A DNA stretch of 64,000 nt, from contig JAZORZ010000001.1 in the NCBI GenBank assembly GCA_045656885.1, positions 12,366 to 76,365 on the forward strand, written 5' to 3'. The translations under genes were made by a program, and so were the position numbers. Below, piece by piece: positions 1 through 7,682 of the stretch (its first letter is position 1; every line of letters starts with the position of its first letter). The notes under the pieces were generated by a model. That model was given only the letters and a program-made list of their open reading frames with translations, did not search any database and was not told where the DNA came from. This DNA comes from Eubacteriales bacterium (GTDB lineage Bacteria; Bacillota; Clostridia; Oscillospirales; CAG-272).

Positions 1-2
1 CC

Positions 3-1493
3 GACAACACCGACCCCGGTACAGATCCCGAAAACACGACCCCGCCGAAAGAGGAGATTGCATTACCTCCTGCACAGGATTTCGGTACCGAAGATGACCC
101 CTATATTTATCAAGCACTTATTCGCACCGGCGACCATACCGCACCCGAGGAGCTGCAGTATACCATTGGCAACAACGGTTATGCGGCAATCGATTTTTGG
201 GTAGATGAGAACAACAGCCGGAACGATGCGATCTCCTACGCCGTTTATTTGAGAAATTCTCAAATAGAAGAGACTTACAAATGCCGTATTAAGCAAAAAG
301 CGCAAGAGGGAGATATGACCTCTCAGCTCAAGCTGCTGTATATGAATACCGAGAGAATTGACCTGACCGTTATCTTGGCGCGTGCGGCTGCAACAGCCGC
401 AACCCAGAATCTGTTGAGTAACCTCAACATGATGTCCAGTCTTGATCTTTCTCACCCTTCTTACGACAAAAAATCCCTCAAAGAGCTCGCTCTTGGTGAT
501 TGTCTCTACTATCTTTCCGGTGATATGAACGTTTCCACAATGGAGGTCTGCGGACCTACCGTTGTCAACCTCGAAATGTATCGCGACTACATTGAGAGAT
601 TTGTAGAGCTTTTTGACAATGATCCCACTTATGCCGATATTTACAGTCTTGTTCTTGGCAAAAAGTGGACCATTGAAACAATGTTAACAATGGCAACTGC
701 TATTAATGTTGACGCAAATGATTCCGACGGGTTTGCACTTGGTTCACAGCCGGACGATATTCTGGGTTACTTTGCATACACCGGTATGGGCGTTTACTAC
801 TTCTACGGCTCGGGCGGACGACTGACCGAGATTGATGACGAAGGTAATCCTCAGCTTGTTATCGCAAAGCACGCCGATCTGTTCGATTATCTGTTCCAAA
901 AATTCAATGCAGCAACGGGTGATAATGCAGGTTGGTTGCCTCACGGTTATTCCGGTCCCAGATGGGAGATCTTTTCCTCCAATCGCTGCCTGTTTACCGA
1001 AATGACCTTGTTTGATATCAGAACGCAGCTCTACGACGCACGTCCCTTTGAGTACGGTATTTTGCCCAATCCCACATACGAAGAGGGAAGTGACTACCAC
1101 AGCGTTGTTTACTTCACCAACTGTAACCACCTTTGGGCAATCCCCAATATGGTAAATGACTCCGAGATTGCGCAACAAATGATGAACATCTTTGCAGCAT
1201 ACTCCAATGTTGAGCTGCAGGATTCCACCATGTATGCGTACTACGAGAGAACCCTTTACCTTAACACCGCATCCGATGAAGGTTCTCGCGAGGCGATGAA
1301 CATCATCAAAAACTCGATGGTATATGATATTGCTCTGCTTTACGACTGGTATCAAATGGGTACCCGTACACTTGGCGAATTGACGATCAGCTCTGCCGGC
1401 CTTTATGCCAACAACGTATCGTCTCAAAGCGATATTAACCGCAATCTGCAGGAAACTGTAGAAAAGCTTAAAAACCCCACTATGTTTACTTAA
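3..1493 (+). CDS. Extracellular solute-binding-like lipoprotein, paralog A (5' end lies outside the window)
   Basis: Frame 3 is open from the window edge to the stop at 1491-1493. The listed M at 249 is internal. It aligns colinearly with the next ORF (DFWVDE.NS.ND.IS.AVY, TAAQNLL.NL, GD.LY..SGDMN.STM, YYFYGSGGR.TE, EYGILP.P.YE.G.DY.SVVYF.N..HLWAIPN). The CDS call is solid. The function is a guess from size, lipoprotein context and overall pattern. Confidence 0.6.
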   Translation, partial: DNTDPGTDPENTTPPKEEIALPPAQDFGTEDDPYIYQALIRTGDHTAPEELQYTIGNNGYAAIDFWVDENNSRNDAISYAVYLRNSQIEETYKCRIKQKAQEGDMTSQLKLLYMNTERIDLTVILARAAATAATQNLLSNLNMMSSLDLSHPSYDKKSLKELALGDCLYYLSGDMNVSTMEVCGPTVVNLEMYRDYIERFVELFDNDPTYADIYSLVLGKKWTIETMLTMATAINVDANDSDGFALGSQPDDILGYFAYTGMGVYYFYGSGGRLTEIDDEGNPQLVIAKHADLFDYLFQKFNAATGDNAGWLPHGYSGPRWEIFSSNRCLFTEMTLFDIRTQLYDARPFEYGILPNPTYEEGSDYHSVVYFTNCNHLWAIPNMVNDSEIAQQMMNIFAAYSNVELQDSTMYAYYERTLYLNTASDEGSREAMNIIKNSMVYDIALLYDWYQMGTRTLGELTISSAGLYANNVSSQSDINRNLQETVEKLKNPTMFT

Positions 1494-1530
1494 AAAGTAA
1501 AATAAATCAAAAAAACAAAAAGGAGAAAGC

Positions 1531-3183
1531 ATGAAACGCATTACCAGAATTCTCGTTTTGTTGTTGGCTTTGTGCATGGTGGTTGCTTGCTTTGCTGCAT
1601 GTAACGACAACAAAAAGCCCGACAAAAAACCGGCTCCCAATACGGGAGACAACAATGGTGGCACTACTCCGAATGAAGTAGAGGATGTTACCACTCCCGA
1701 TCCCGGCCCTCAAATTGAGATGCCCGAGGTTATTGATATGGGTGGTTTTACTTACCGCGCATACGTTCGTGATCAAGCCGGCACCAGCCCCGATGCTCAT
1801 AAGGCACAAGTTGCAAACGGTAACAACGACTACCGTTGCGTTGACTTTTGGGTAGACGAAGCAAACAGTGAAAACGACTTTATTTCGTTTGCTGTTTATG
1901 ACAGAAACAAGAAGATCGAAGCAACCTACAATTGCAAGATCAGACAGGTATCCTCCGACGGTAGCCAGATCGAGCATCTGCTTGCTTCCTTTACCAATGG
2001 CGACAGCTATGACCTTACCATCATCACTGCAAAGCCCGCAGCACAGGCAGCAACCCAAAACCTGCTCCGCAACCTTGCGGATCTGGAGCACCTTGATCTC
2101 AAACACGCATCCTTTGACCAAAATGCTATTGATGAGCTTCGCGTTGGCGATAAGCTTTACTTCACCAGTGGTGATATGAACATTTCCACCATGGACGTTG
2201 CAGGTCTTTCCATTGTTAATATGGAGTTCTACAACAACATTGTTGAAGACATCATCAATACTTTTGGCGGTGATGTTTCTTATAATAACATCTTCAACGT
2301 TGTTCTTAACAAAAAGTGGACAATGGAAACCTTGTTGACCATTGCAACGATTGCAAACGTTGACGCAGGTCAGGACGGCGGCGAGCTCCACGTTCTCCCC
2401 GACGGTATTGTAGGTGGTGTAGAGGTTACCAATAAGTATGTTGGCGGTGATATCGTTGGTTACCATCAATATCTCTATTCCGCTCTTTGGTATTTCTACG
2501 GCTCCGGCGGTCGTATTACCGAAAAGAATGAAGAGGGTCTTCCCGAGTTCGTTATCCAAAACAACCTGGGTCAAACCCTATACGACTACATCTTTGAAAA
2601 GTTCAATCGTGAGATCAATGCTCCTTGGATTCCTCACGAATCCTCTAACATTCTCAACAAGAACTTCCTCACCGGTGACGTTCTGTTTGCAGACTGCTCG
2701 CTCTTCAACGTAAGAACCGAGATCTATCCCTTTGCAGAATTTGAGTACGGTATTCTTCCTATTCCTGTTTACGAAGCAGGAATGGATTACAAGAGTGTTG
2801 TTTACTTCAACAACTGGGCACACCTTTGGGCAATCCCCAACCTGGTAAACGATAACCTCGAATACTCCTCCCGTATGATGCAAATTATGGCAGTTTACTC
2901 CAGCTTGCCGGAGTCTACCATGCATGCATACTATGATAGAACCATCTACTTCCAAGCAGCTGCCGACAACGGATCCCGCGACGTTATGGATATCATCAGA
3001 ACCTCTTTGGTTTACGACCTTGCACTTCTGTATCCCTCTTGGGGCGCTATTGAAGAAAAGCTCTACCAAATTCCCAACAGACAAGAAAAGGAATACGCAT
3101 CCGGTATCATTGACGGTCTTAGTCGTATCGAAGAATCGATGCATGACACCATTGAGACTCTCTTGAGTCCTGAGGTAGGATAA
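1531..3183 (+). CDS. Extracellular solute-binding-like lipoprotein, paralog B
   Basis: 550 aa. The N-terminus MKRITRILVLLLALCMVVACFAAC has a signal peptide and a lipobox Cys. RBS aaaaggag lies upstream. It is paralogous to the preceding ORF along its full length. A terminator follows. Confidence 0.65.
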   Translation: MKRITRILVLLLALCMVVACFAACNDNKKPDKKPAPNTGDNNGGTTPNEVEDVTTPDPGPQIEMPEVIDMGGFTYRAYVRDQAGTSPDAHKAQVANGNNDYRCVDFWVDEANSENDFISFAVYDRNKKIEATYNCKIRQVSSDGSQIEHLLASFTNGDSYDLTIITAKPAAQAATQNLLRNLADLEHLDLKHASFDQNAIDELRVGDKLYFTSGDMNISTMDVAGLSIVNMEFYNNIVEDIINTFGGDVSYNNIFNVVLNKKWTMETLLTIATIANVDAGQDGGELHVLPDGIVGGVEVTNKYVGGDIVGYHQYLYSALWYFYGSGGRITEKNEEGLPEFVIQNNLGQTLYDYIFEKFNREINAPWIPHESSNILNKNFLTGDVLFADCSLFNVRTEIYPFAEFEYGILPIPVYEAGMDYKSVVYFNNWAHLWAIPNLVNDNLEYSSRMMQIMAVYSSLPESTMHAYYDRTIYFQAAADNGSRDVMDIIRTSLVYDLALLYPSWGAIEEKLYQIPNRQEKEYASGIIDGLSRIEESMHDTIETLLSPEVG

Positions 3184-3197
3184 TAACGATTTTCAAA

Positions 3198-3228
3198 CCC
3201 CGCTGTCAAAATTGACGGCGGGGTTTTT
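3198..3228 (+). terminator. Rho-independent terminator after lipoprotein paralog B
   Basis: Stem ccccgctgtcaa / ttgacggcgggg followed by ttttt. Confidence 0.75.
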
Positions 3229-3239
3229 CTTTCTATCTA

Positions 3240-3268
3240 TTGATTTTTTGCCAAAAAGATGCTATAAT
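3240..3268 (+). promoter_or_regulatory. Sigma-A type promoter for metF
   Basis: TTGATT, 17 nt spacer, TATAAT, with TGc extended -10. It sits about 30 nt upstream of the metF RBS. Confidence 0.55.
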
Positions 3269-3298
3269 AAGGAAAGAAAAAGAAAGGTAGGGAAGTGT

Positions 3299-4174
3299 AT
3301 GAAACTGACAAAGCTGTTTGAGAGTGAAAAGCTGTCACTCTCCTTTGAGGTCTTTCCACCAAAGAACGACACCTCCTTTGAGAGCGTGAAGAACGCCACC
3401 GAAGAGATTGCAAAACTGCAACCCGCGTTTATGAGCGTGACCTACGGTGCAGGTGGCGGAACAAGCCGCTACACCTTGGAGATTGCCCAAAACATCAAGG
3501 AGCACTACGGTGTGCCCACACTCGCGCACCTGACTTGTGTTTCCTCTACCAAGGAGACAGTCAAAAGAAAAATTGAGGAACTCAAAGCCGCAGGCATTGA
3601 GAACGTCATGGCACTGCGCGGAGATCTGACTCCCGAGCTTGCCGATTCCGATCGTTCACTGTGGGCATATCAACACGCAGTTGACCTTGTGCGCGAATTG
3701 AGAGAAAGCGGCGCCGACTTTTGCATTGGCGGCGCGTGCTATCCCGAAATTCACCCCGAGAGCAGAGACCAAAAAGAGGACGTCAAGTACCTCAAGGAAA
3801 AGGTCGATGCTGGATGCGATTTTTTGACTACGCAAATGTTTTTTGATAATAATTTGCTTTATAACTTCCTTTATAAAATCCGCGAGGCAGGCATTACCGT
3901 GCCCGTCATTCCCGGCATTATGCCTATCACAAACGGCAACCAAATTGAGCGCGCAATCAAGCTTTCGGGCTCGTTTATGCCGCAACGCTTTAAGTCGCTC
4001 GTCGATAAATTCGGCAACACTCCTGCCGCTATGAAGCAGGCAGGCATTGCCTACGCAACCGACCAAATCATCGACCTCTTTGCCAATGGCATCAAAAACG
4101 TACACGTCTATTCGATGAACAAGCCCGACGTCGCCGCGGCGATTCAAAATAATCTTTCCGATATTTTAGGATAA
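3299..4174 (+). CDS. metF: 5,10-methylenetetrahydrofolate reductase
   Basis: MKLTKLFESEKLSLSFEVFPPKN..., FMSVTYGAGGGT, LAHLTCV and MALRGD are typical of MetF. Start moved to the internal ATG at 3299 (RBS aaaggtagggaag). The upstream part of the listed ORF overlaps the promoter and terminator. Confidence 0.85.
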   Translation: MKLTKLFESEKLSLSFEVFPPKNDTSFESVKNATEEIAKLQPAFMSVTYGAGGGTSRYTLEIAQNIKEHYGVPTLAHLTCVSSTKETVKRKIEELKAAGIENVMALRGDLTPELADSDRSLWAYQHAVDLVRELRESGADFCIGGACYPEIHPESRDQKEDVKYLKEKVDAGCDFLTTQMFFDNNLLYNFLYKIREAGITVPVIPGIMPITNGNQIERAIKLSGSFMPQRFKSLVDKFGNTPAAMKQAGIAYATDQIIDLFANGIKNVHVYSMNKPDVAAAIQNNLSDILG

Positions 4175-4183
4175 GGAGACAAC

Positions 4184-4774
4184 ATGGCAGACGTATATGA
4201 AAGAACCTTGCAATCCCTTGTAGGACGGCATACTGCCACGCTGTGCGTATTATTGGGAATGCTGCTGTTGCTTTTACTCATTACATGGATTTTTCCTGTT
4301 CTCTATAAAAGGGTTAAGGCGGATAAGATCAAAAGCAAGTGGCTTAGTGTTGCACTTATTCTTCTGTTTTCGGGTGCAAAAGAACCTAAAAAGGGCAAAA
4401 AGGGAAAGACATCAATGCTGTTGGCACAATGTATTGTAACCTTGATTTTTGTTGGCATTATGATGCTTGGCATGATTCCGTCTATACAGGAAATTCAACT
4501 TTTGAAGAAGGATATTGCCGAAAACGCTTATATCACTTACGAGGGGGAATATTCGATTGGCACAAAATATTCGAGGGAGTACAATATTGGCGACTTTTGG
4601 CTTGACGAACGTTTTATTACACTAACGGACAGTAATGAGAGCGTGCAAGTTGATGCAAGCGGTACATTTTTGAAGTTCCCCGACCATTATTCAGAAAGCC
4701 ACGGCACCGTTATTTACGGCAAGCATAGCAAACGCATTATCTACATAGATGGTCTTGAAGGCCTTTGGGAATAA
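4184..4774 (+). CDS. Hypothetical membrane protein
   Basis: 196 aa. RBS aaggagacaac. Two to three hydrophobic helices separated by a KKGKKGK patch. No recognisable family. Confidence 0.55.
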   Translation: MADVYERTLQSLVGRHTATLCVLLGMLLLLLLITWIFPVLYKRVKADKIKSKWLSVALILLFSGAKEPKKGKKGKTSMLLAQCIVTLIFVGIMMLGMIPSIQEIQLLKKDIAENAYITYEGEYSIGTKYSREYNIGDFWLDERFITLTDSNESVQVDASGTFLKFPDHYSESHGTVIYGKHSKRIIYIDGLEGLWE

Positions 4775-4779
4775 AAGAA

Positions 4780-4815
4780 CCCCGCAAATGCAAAAGCATT
4801 TGCGGGGTATTTTTT
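4780..4815 (+). terminator. Rho-independent terminator
   Basis: ccccgcaaatgc aaaa gcatttgcgggg followed by tattttttt. Confidence 0.8.
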
Positions 4816-4835
4816 AAGAACAAACTAACTTTAGG

Positions 4836-4969
4836 ATTCCCCTTGAGGGGAAGCTCCCGCGGAACGCGGGTGATGAGGTGACGGATGCGAAGCATCCGCA
4901 GAAACGATAAGTACTAAAAAATCACCTCATCCGGCTCGTAATACTCGCCACCTTCTCCTCAAGGAGAAT
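4836..4969. repeat. Composite palindromic element: two inverted family-A-like arms around a GCGAAGC mini-hairpin
   Basis: Left arm 4836-4881 is attccccttgaggggaagctcccgcggaacgcgggtgatgaggtga. The reverse complement of the right arm 4922-4969 is attctccttgaggagaaggtggcgagtattacgagccggatgaggtga. The central hairpin is cggatgcgaagcatccg (4882-4898). Confidence 0.7.
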
Positions 4970-4992
4970 GCTTTTTGTATCATTACCCTGTA

Positions 4993-5027
4993 ATCCCCCC
5001 CGGCGAACTATGCTCGTCGGGGGGGAT
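4993..5027 (-). terminator. GC-rich hairpin downstream of the radical-SAM gene (possibly bidirectional)
   Basis: atcccccccggcga ... tcgtcgggggggat. The U-tract is poor on the minus strand and T-rich on the plus strand. Confidence 0.35.
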
Positions 5028-5039
5028 GTGTGTATTTGA

Positions 5040-7658
5040 TTATTTGAACTCCGTCACACCGTCATCGGTGTAAACGTTGGTACGTAGAATGGAGTAGCAC
5101 TCCTTTGTAGGGTCACCCGAAAGGATGCCAAGGCGCTCCTTTGCAGCGGCTATGAGCATTTCGGGGTTGAGGTTTTCGGTGTTGCCCGCGCGCAGAATTG
5201 CCGTGATAGCAATCTTTCCGTTCTCGGTGCAAGTTGTCTTGCAATCGCGAATCATTTGTGTCAGGTCAACCTCACGCTCGCCCGACTTGGATTTTTTCAT
5301 TACCAAAAGGGGAGAGGTCGTAAAGAGATCTTGCAGCTCTTGTGCCATCTCAGCATCAGCACCGGCAAAGTTGAGCGCGATCTCATATCTTGCCCAAGCG
5401 ATGTCGGCAAATTTGCTTGTCGGCTCGTAGGCATCGAGCACCTGCATCTCATCGGTCAGCTCACGGTTGAGCAGATCTTTCAGCTCCTCGCAAGGAATAT
5501 TGCGGTCAACGCGCAAGTCGATGAACTCGCACTCGCTCTCGGTACCAACCGAGAGGGGAAGTCCAAACACGACCTTTGCATGGGGATTGAAGCCCTGCGT
5601 GTACCACATGGGAATGTTGGCACGCACAAGCACGCGCGCAATGGTACGTTGCAGATCGAGGTGCGATATGTATTGCAGATCTCCCACCTTGCGGAACTTG
5701 ATACGAACGATGCGAGCACCCTCGGTAATGGGTTCCCAAACGTTCTTGTCTTGCTTTTGCGGCAGGGGAGCATCGCTTTCGGTTTCTTGCATTTCCTTGC
5801 AGCCGGGGCAAACGGCACGCACGCCGCCAAGCTTGTTGGCACCGCACGCCGAGCAATGCTCGCGGCAGTTGGGAGTGGTGGCTTCACCGTATGCCTTTGC
5901 TTGCTCGCGCAAGAAGAACTCCTTACTTACGCCGCAATCAATAATGTCCCAAGGCAAAATCTCGTCGTTGCCAAACTTGCGGTTGGCGTAGAACGCAGGG
6001 TCAACCCCCGTACGCTCAAAAACAGAGAGCCATTTGTCATAGTCGAAATATTCATCCCAAGCATCAAACGCGAATCCCTCTTGGCAAGCAAGCTCAAGTG
6101 CGTCACCGAGGCGACGGTCGCCGCGAGCGAGAACTGCCTCAATGCGCGATACCTTTGCATCGTGGTGTACGTAGCGAATGTGCTTGTTTTTGATCTTGGA
6201 TTTGAGATATTCTTGCTTTTCGGCAAGCATTTCCATCGTGTCCTGTGCCTCCCATTGGAAGGGGGTAAAGGGCTTGGGAATAAAGCAAGAAACGCTGACC
6301 GTTACCTGAACGGGGCGTGCTTTGTTGCGGTTGGGATTTTGATAGTAAGCATCCACCACGTGCTCGGCAAGGGTAGCAATGCCTTCAATGTCCTCAAGCG
6401 TTTCGGTGGGCAGGCCGTTCATAAAGTAGAGCTTGACCGAGTTCTTACGTGCGTCAAACGCCACGTTTACGGCACGCATAACATCCTCCTCGCGCACATT
6501 CTTATTGATAACGTCGCGCAGTCTTTGTGTACCCGCCTCGGGGGCAAAGGTCAAAGAGGAAGAACGCACCGACTCAATGCGGCGCATCAGATCCTTATTA
6601 AAGCTATCTACGCGAAGAGAGGGCAGAGACAAGCTGACCATATTATCATCGGTCCAATTCAAAAGCTTGTCGCAAAGGGGTTCAAGAGAAGTATAGTCGC
6701 TGATGGAAAGAGAAGCCAAGGAAATTTCCTCGTATCCCGTAGAGTTGTAAAGTGCTTTTGCTTGATGGTTGAGCACGTCGGCGCTTTTCTCGCGCACAGG
6801 TCGGTAAACCATGCCTGCCTGACAGAAGCGGCAGCCGCGAATGCAACCGCGATAGACCTCAAGCATAATGCGGTCATGCACCGTTTCAATGTAGGGCATA
6901 ACCACCTTGTCGGGGAAGTAGACCTTGTCAAGGTCACCAATGATCTGCTTGGTTACCTGACGCGGAATATCGTCATAAACGGGAGTGTATGCCTTGATGG
7001 TTCCGTCCTCGTTGTAGGTGACATCGTAGAGCGAGGGAACGTAAACACCGGGAATGGTTTTTGCCGCCTCGTGCAAAAAGTCAGCGCGCGTGTAGCGACC
7101 TTCCTCTTTCATTTGCACGTAAAGGCGAACGATAGCGGGGAGCATATCCTCGCCCTCGCCAATGTTGAACAGATCAAAAAAGTCTGCAATCGGCTCAGCG
7201 TTGTAGGAGCAAGGACCGCCACCGATAATAATGGGATCATCCTCACGTCTGTCCCTTGTACGCAAGGGAAGCTTTGCCAGAGAAAGCATATTGAGCACGT
7301 TTGTGTAGCACATTTCGTACTGCAAAGTAAAGCCGATAAAGTCGAATGCCGAGAGCGGATCGCCGCTCTCAAGTGCGGTCAGGGGCAGGTCGTGCTCGCG
7401 CATCTTTTCCTGCATATCCGTCCAAGGGGTAAACACGCGCTCGCACCAAATGTCGGAATGCGCGTTGAGTGCACCGTAGAGCAGGCGCATACCCAGGTTG
7501 GACATACCGATCTCATACGTATCGGGAAAGCAGAAAGCAAAGCGCGCCTTTACGTTCTCTTTATTTTTGATGATCTCACCGTACTCGCCGCCAGCATATC
7601 TGCCGGGCTTTGAGACCGATTTGAGAATGGTACTGTTGAGTTTGGTAGAATGGTTCAT
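5040..7658 (-). CDS. Fused radical SAM protein: B12-binding-domain rSAM (TIGR03960-like) plus C-terminal DUF2344/TIGR03936-like module
   Basis: 872 aa. N-terminus SKPGRYAGGEYG...FCFPDTYEIGMSNLGMRLLY. Cys triad YRGCIRGCRFCQAG. C-terminal RIKFRKVGDLQYISHLDLQRTIARVLVRANIPMWYTQGFNPHAKVVFGLPLSVG is typical of DUF2344. Confidence 0.75.
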   Translation of the reverse strand: MNHSTKLNSTILKSVSKPGRYAGGEYGEIIKNKENVKARFAFCFPDTYEIGMSNLGMRLLYGALNAHSDIWCERVFTPWTDMQEKMREHDLPLTALESGDPLSAFDFIGFTLQYEMCYTNVLNMLSLAKLPLRTRDRREDDPIIIGGGPCSYNAEPIADFFDLFNIGEGEDMLPAIVRLYVQMKEEGRYTRADFLHEAAKTIPGVYVPSLYDVTYNEDGTIKAYTPVYDDIPRQVTKQIIGDLDKVYFPDKVVMPYIETVHDRIMLEVYRGCIRGCRFCQAGMVYRPVREKSADVLNHQAKALYNSTGYEEISLASLSISDYTSLEPLCDKLLNWTDDNMVSLSLPSLRVDSFNKDLMRRIESVRSSSLTFAPEAGTQRLRDVINKNVREEDVMRAVNVAFDARKNSVKLYFMNGLPTETLEDIEGIATLAEHVVDAYYQNPNRNKARPVQVTVSVSCFIPKPFTPFQWEAQDTMEMLAEKQEYLKSKIKNKHIRYVHHDAKVSRIEAVLARGDRRLGDALELACQEGFAFDAWDEYFDYDKWLSVFERTGVDPAFYANRKFGNDEILPWDIIDCGVSKEFFLREQAKAYGEATTPNCREHCSACGANKLGGVRAVCPGCKEMQETESDAPLPQKQDKNVWEPITEGARIVRIKFRKVGDLQYISHLDLQRTIARVLVRANIPMWYTQGFNPHAKVVFGLPLSVGTESECEFIDLRVDRNIPCEELKDLLNRELTDEMQVLDAYEPTSKFADIAWARYEIALNFAGADAEMAQELQDLFTTSPLLVMKKSKSGEREVDLTQMIRDCKTTCTENGKIAITAILRAGNTENLNPEMLIAAAKERLGILSGDPTKECYSILRTNVYTDDGVTEFK

Positions 7659-7682
7659 AATGTTCCTTTTCTTTGCGCGATT

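Noticed and set aside
3212-3298. N-terminal extensions offered by the ORF track, at 3212, 10954-11097, 13532-13615, 26986-27345, 32440, 36135, 38592, 47357, 50297 and 61214-61288.
   Set aside because: In each case the extension overlaps an upstream gene, terminator or promoter, has no homology signal, and lacks an RBS. An internal start with a good Shine-Dalgarno sequence coincides with the beginning of the conserved protein sequence.
4869-4906. Hammerhead-ribozyme-like string gTGATGAG...hairpin...GAAAC inside the 4836-4969 element.
   Set aside because: The first core base is G and not the invariant C. Stem II does not close directly on the core, because a 4-nt/2-nt gap surrounds the cggatgcgaagcatccg hairpin. 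No stem I or stem III with a cleavage-site triplet can be drawn. The TGATGAGGTGA bases are fully explained as one half of the element's long inverted repeat (pairing with tcacctcatc at 4922-4931).
5256-7613. A 785-aa ORF on the plus strand, and similar very long ORFs at 17085-20513, 27280-28776, 42619-43929, 45549-47402, 57310-58635, 24120-25241, 25524-26600, 29385-30467, 22758-23978, 10069-11244, 12224-13261, 41546-42415, 48211-48978 and 50420-51397.
   Set aside because: Each lies antisense to a gene with an unmistakable family signature (rSAM, GerW-repeat, uvrB, metY, nrdD, ffh, ysxC, lon, uvrA, scpA, rlmB and others). Their translations are low-complexity or compositionally odd (Leu/Val/Gly/Cys-rich), with no motifs and no RBS. 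They are shadow ORFs of GC-rich third-position coding on the opposite strand.
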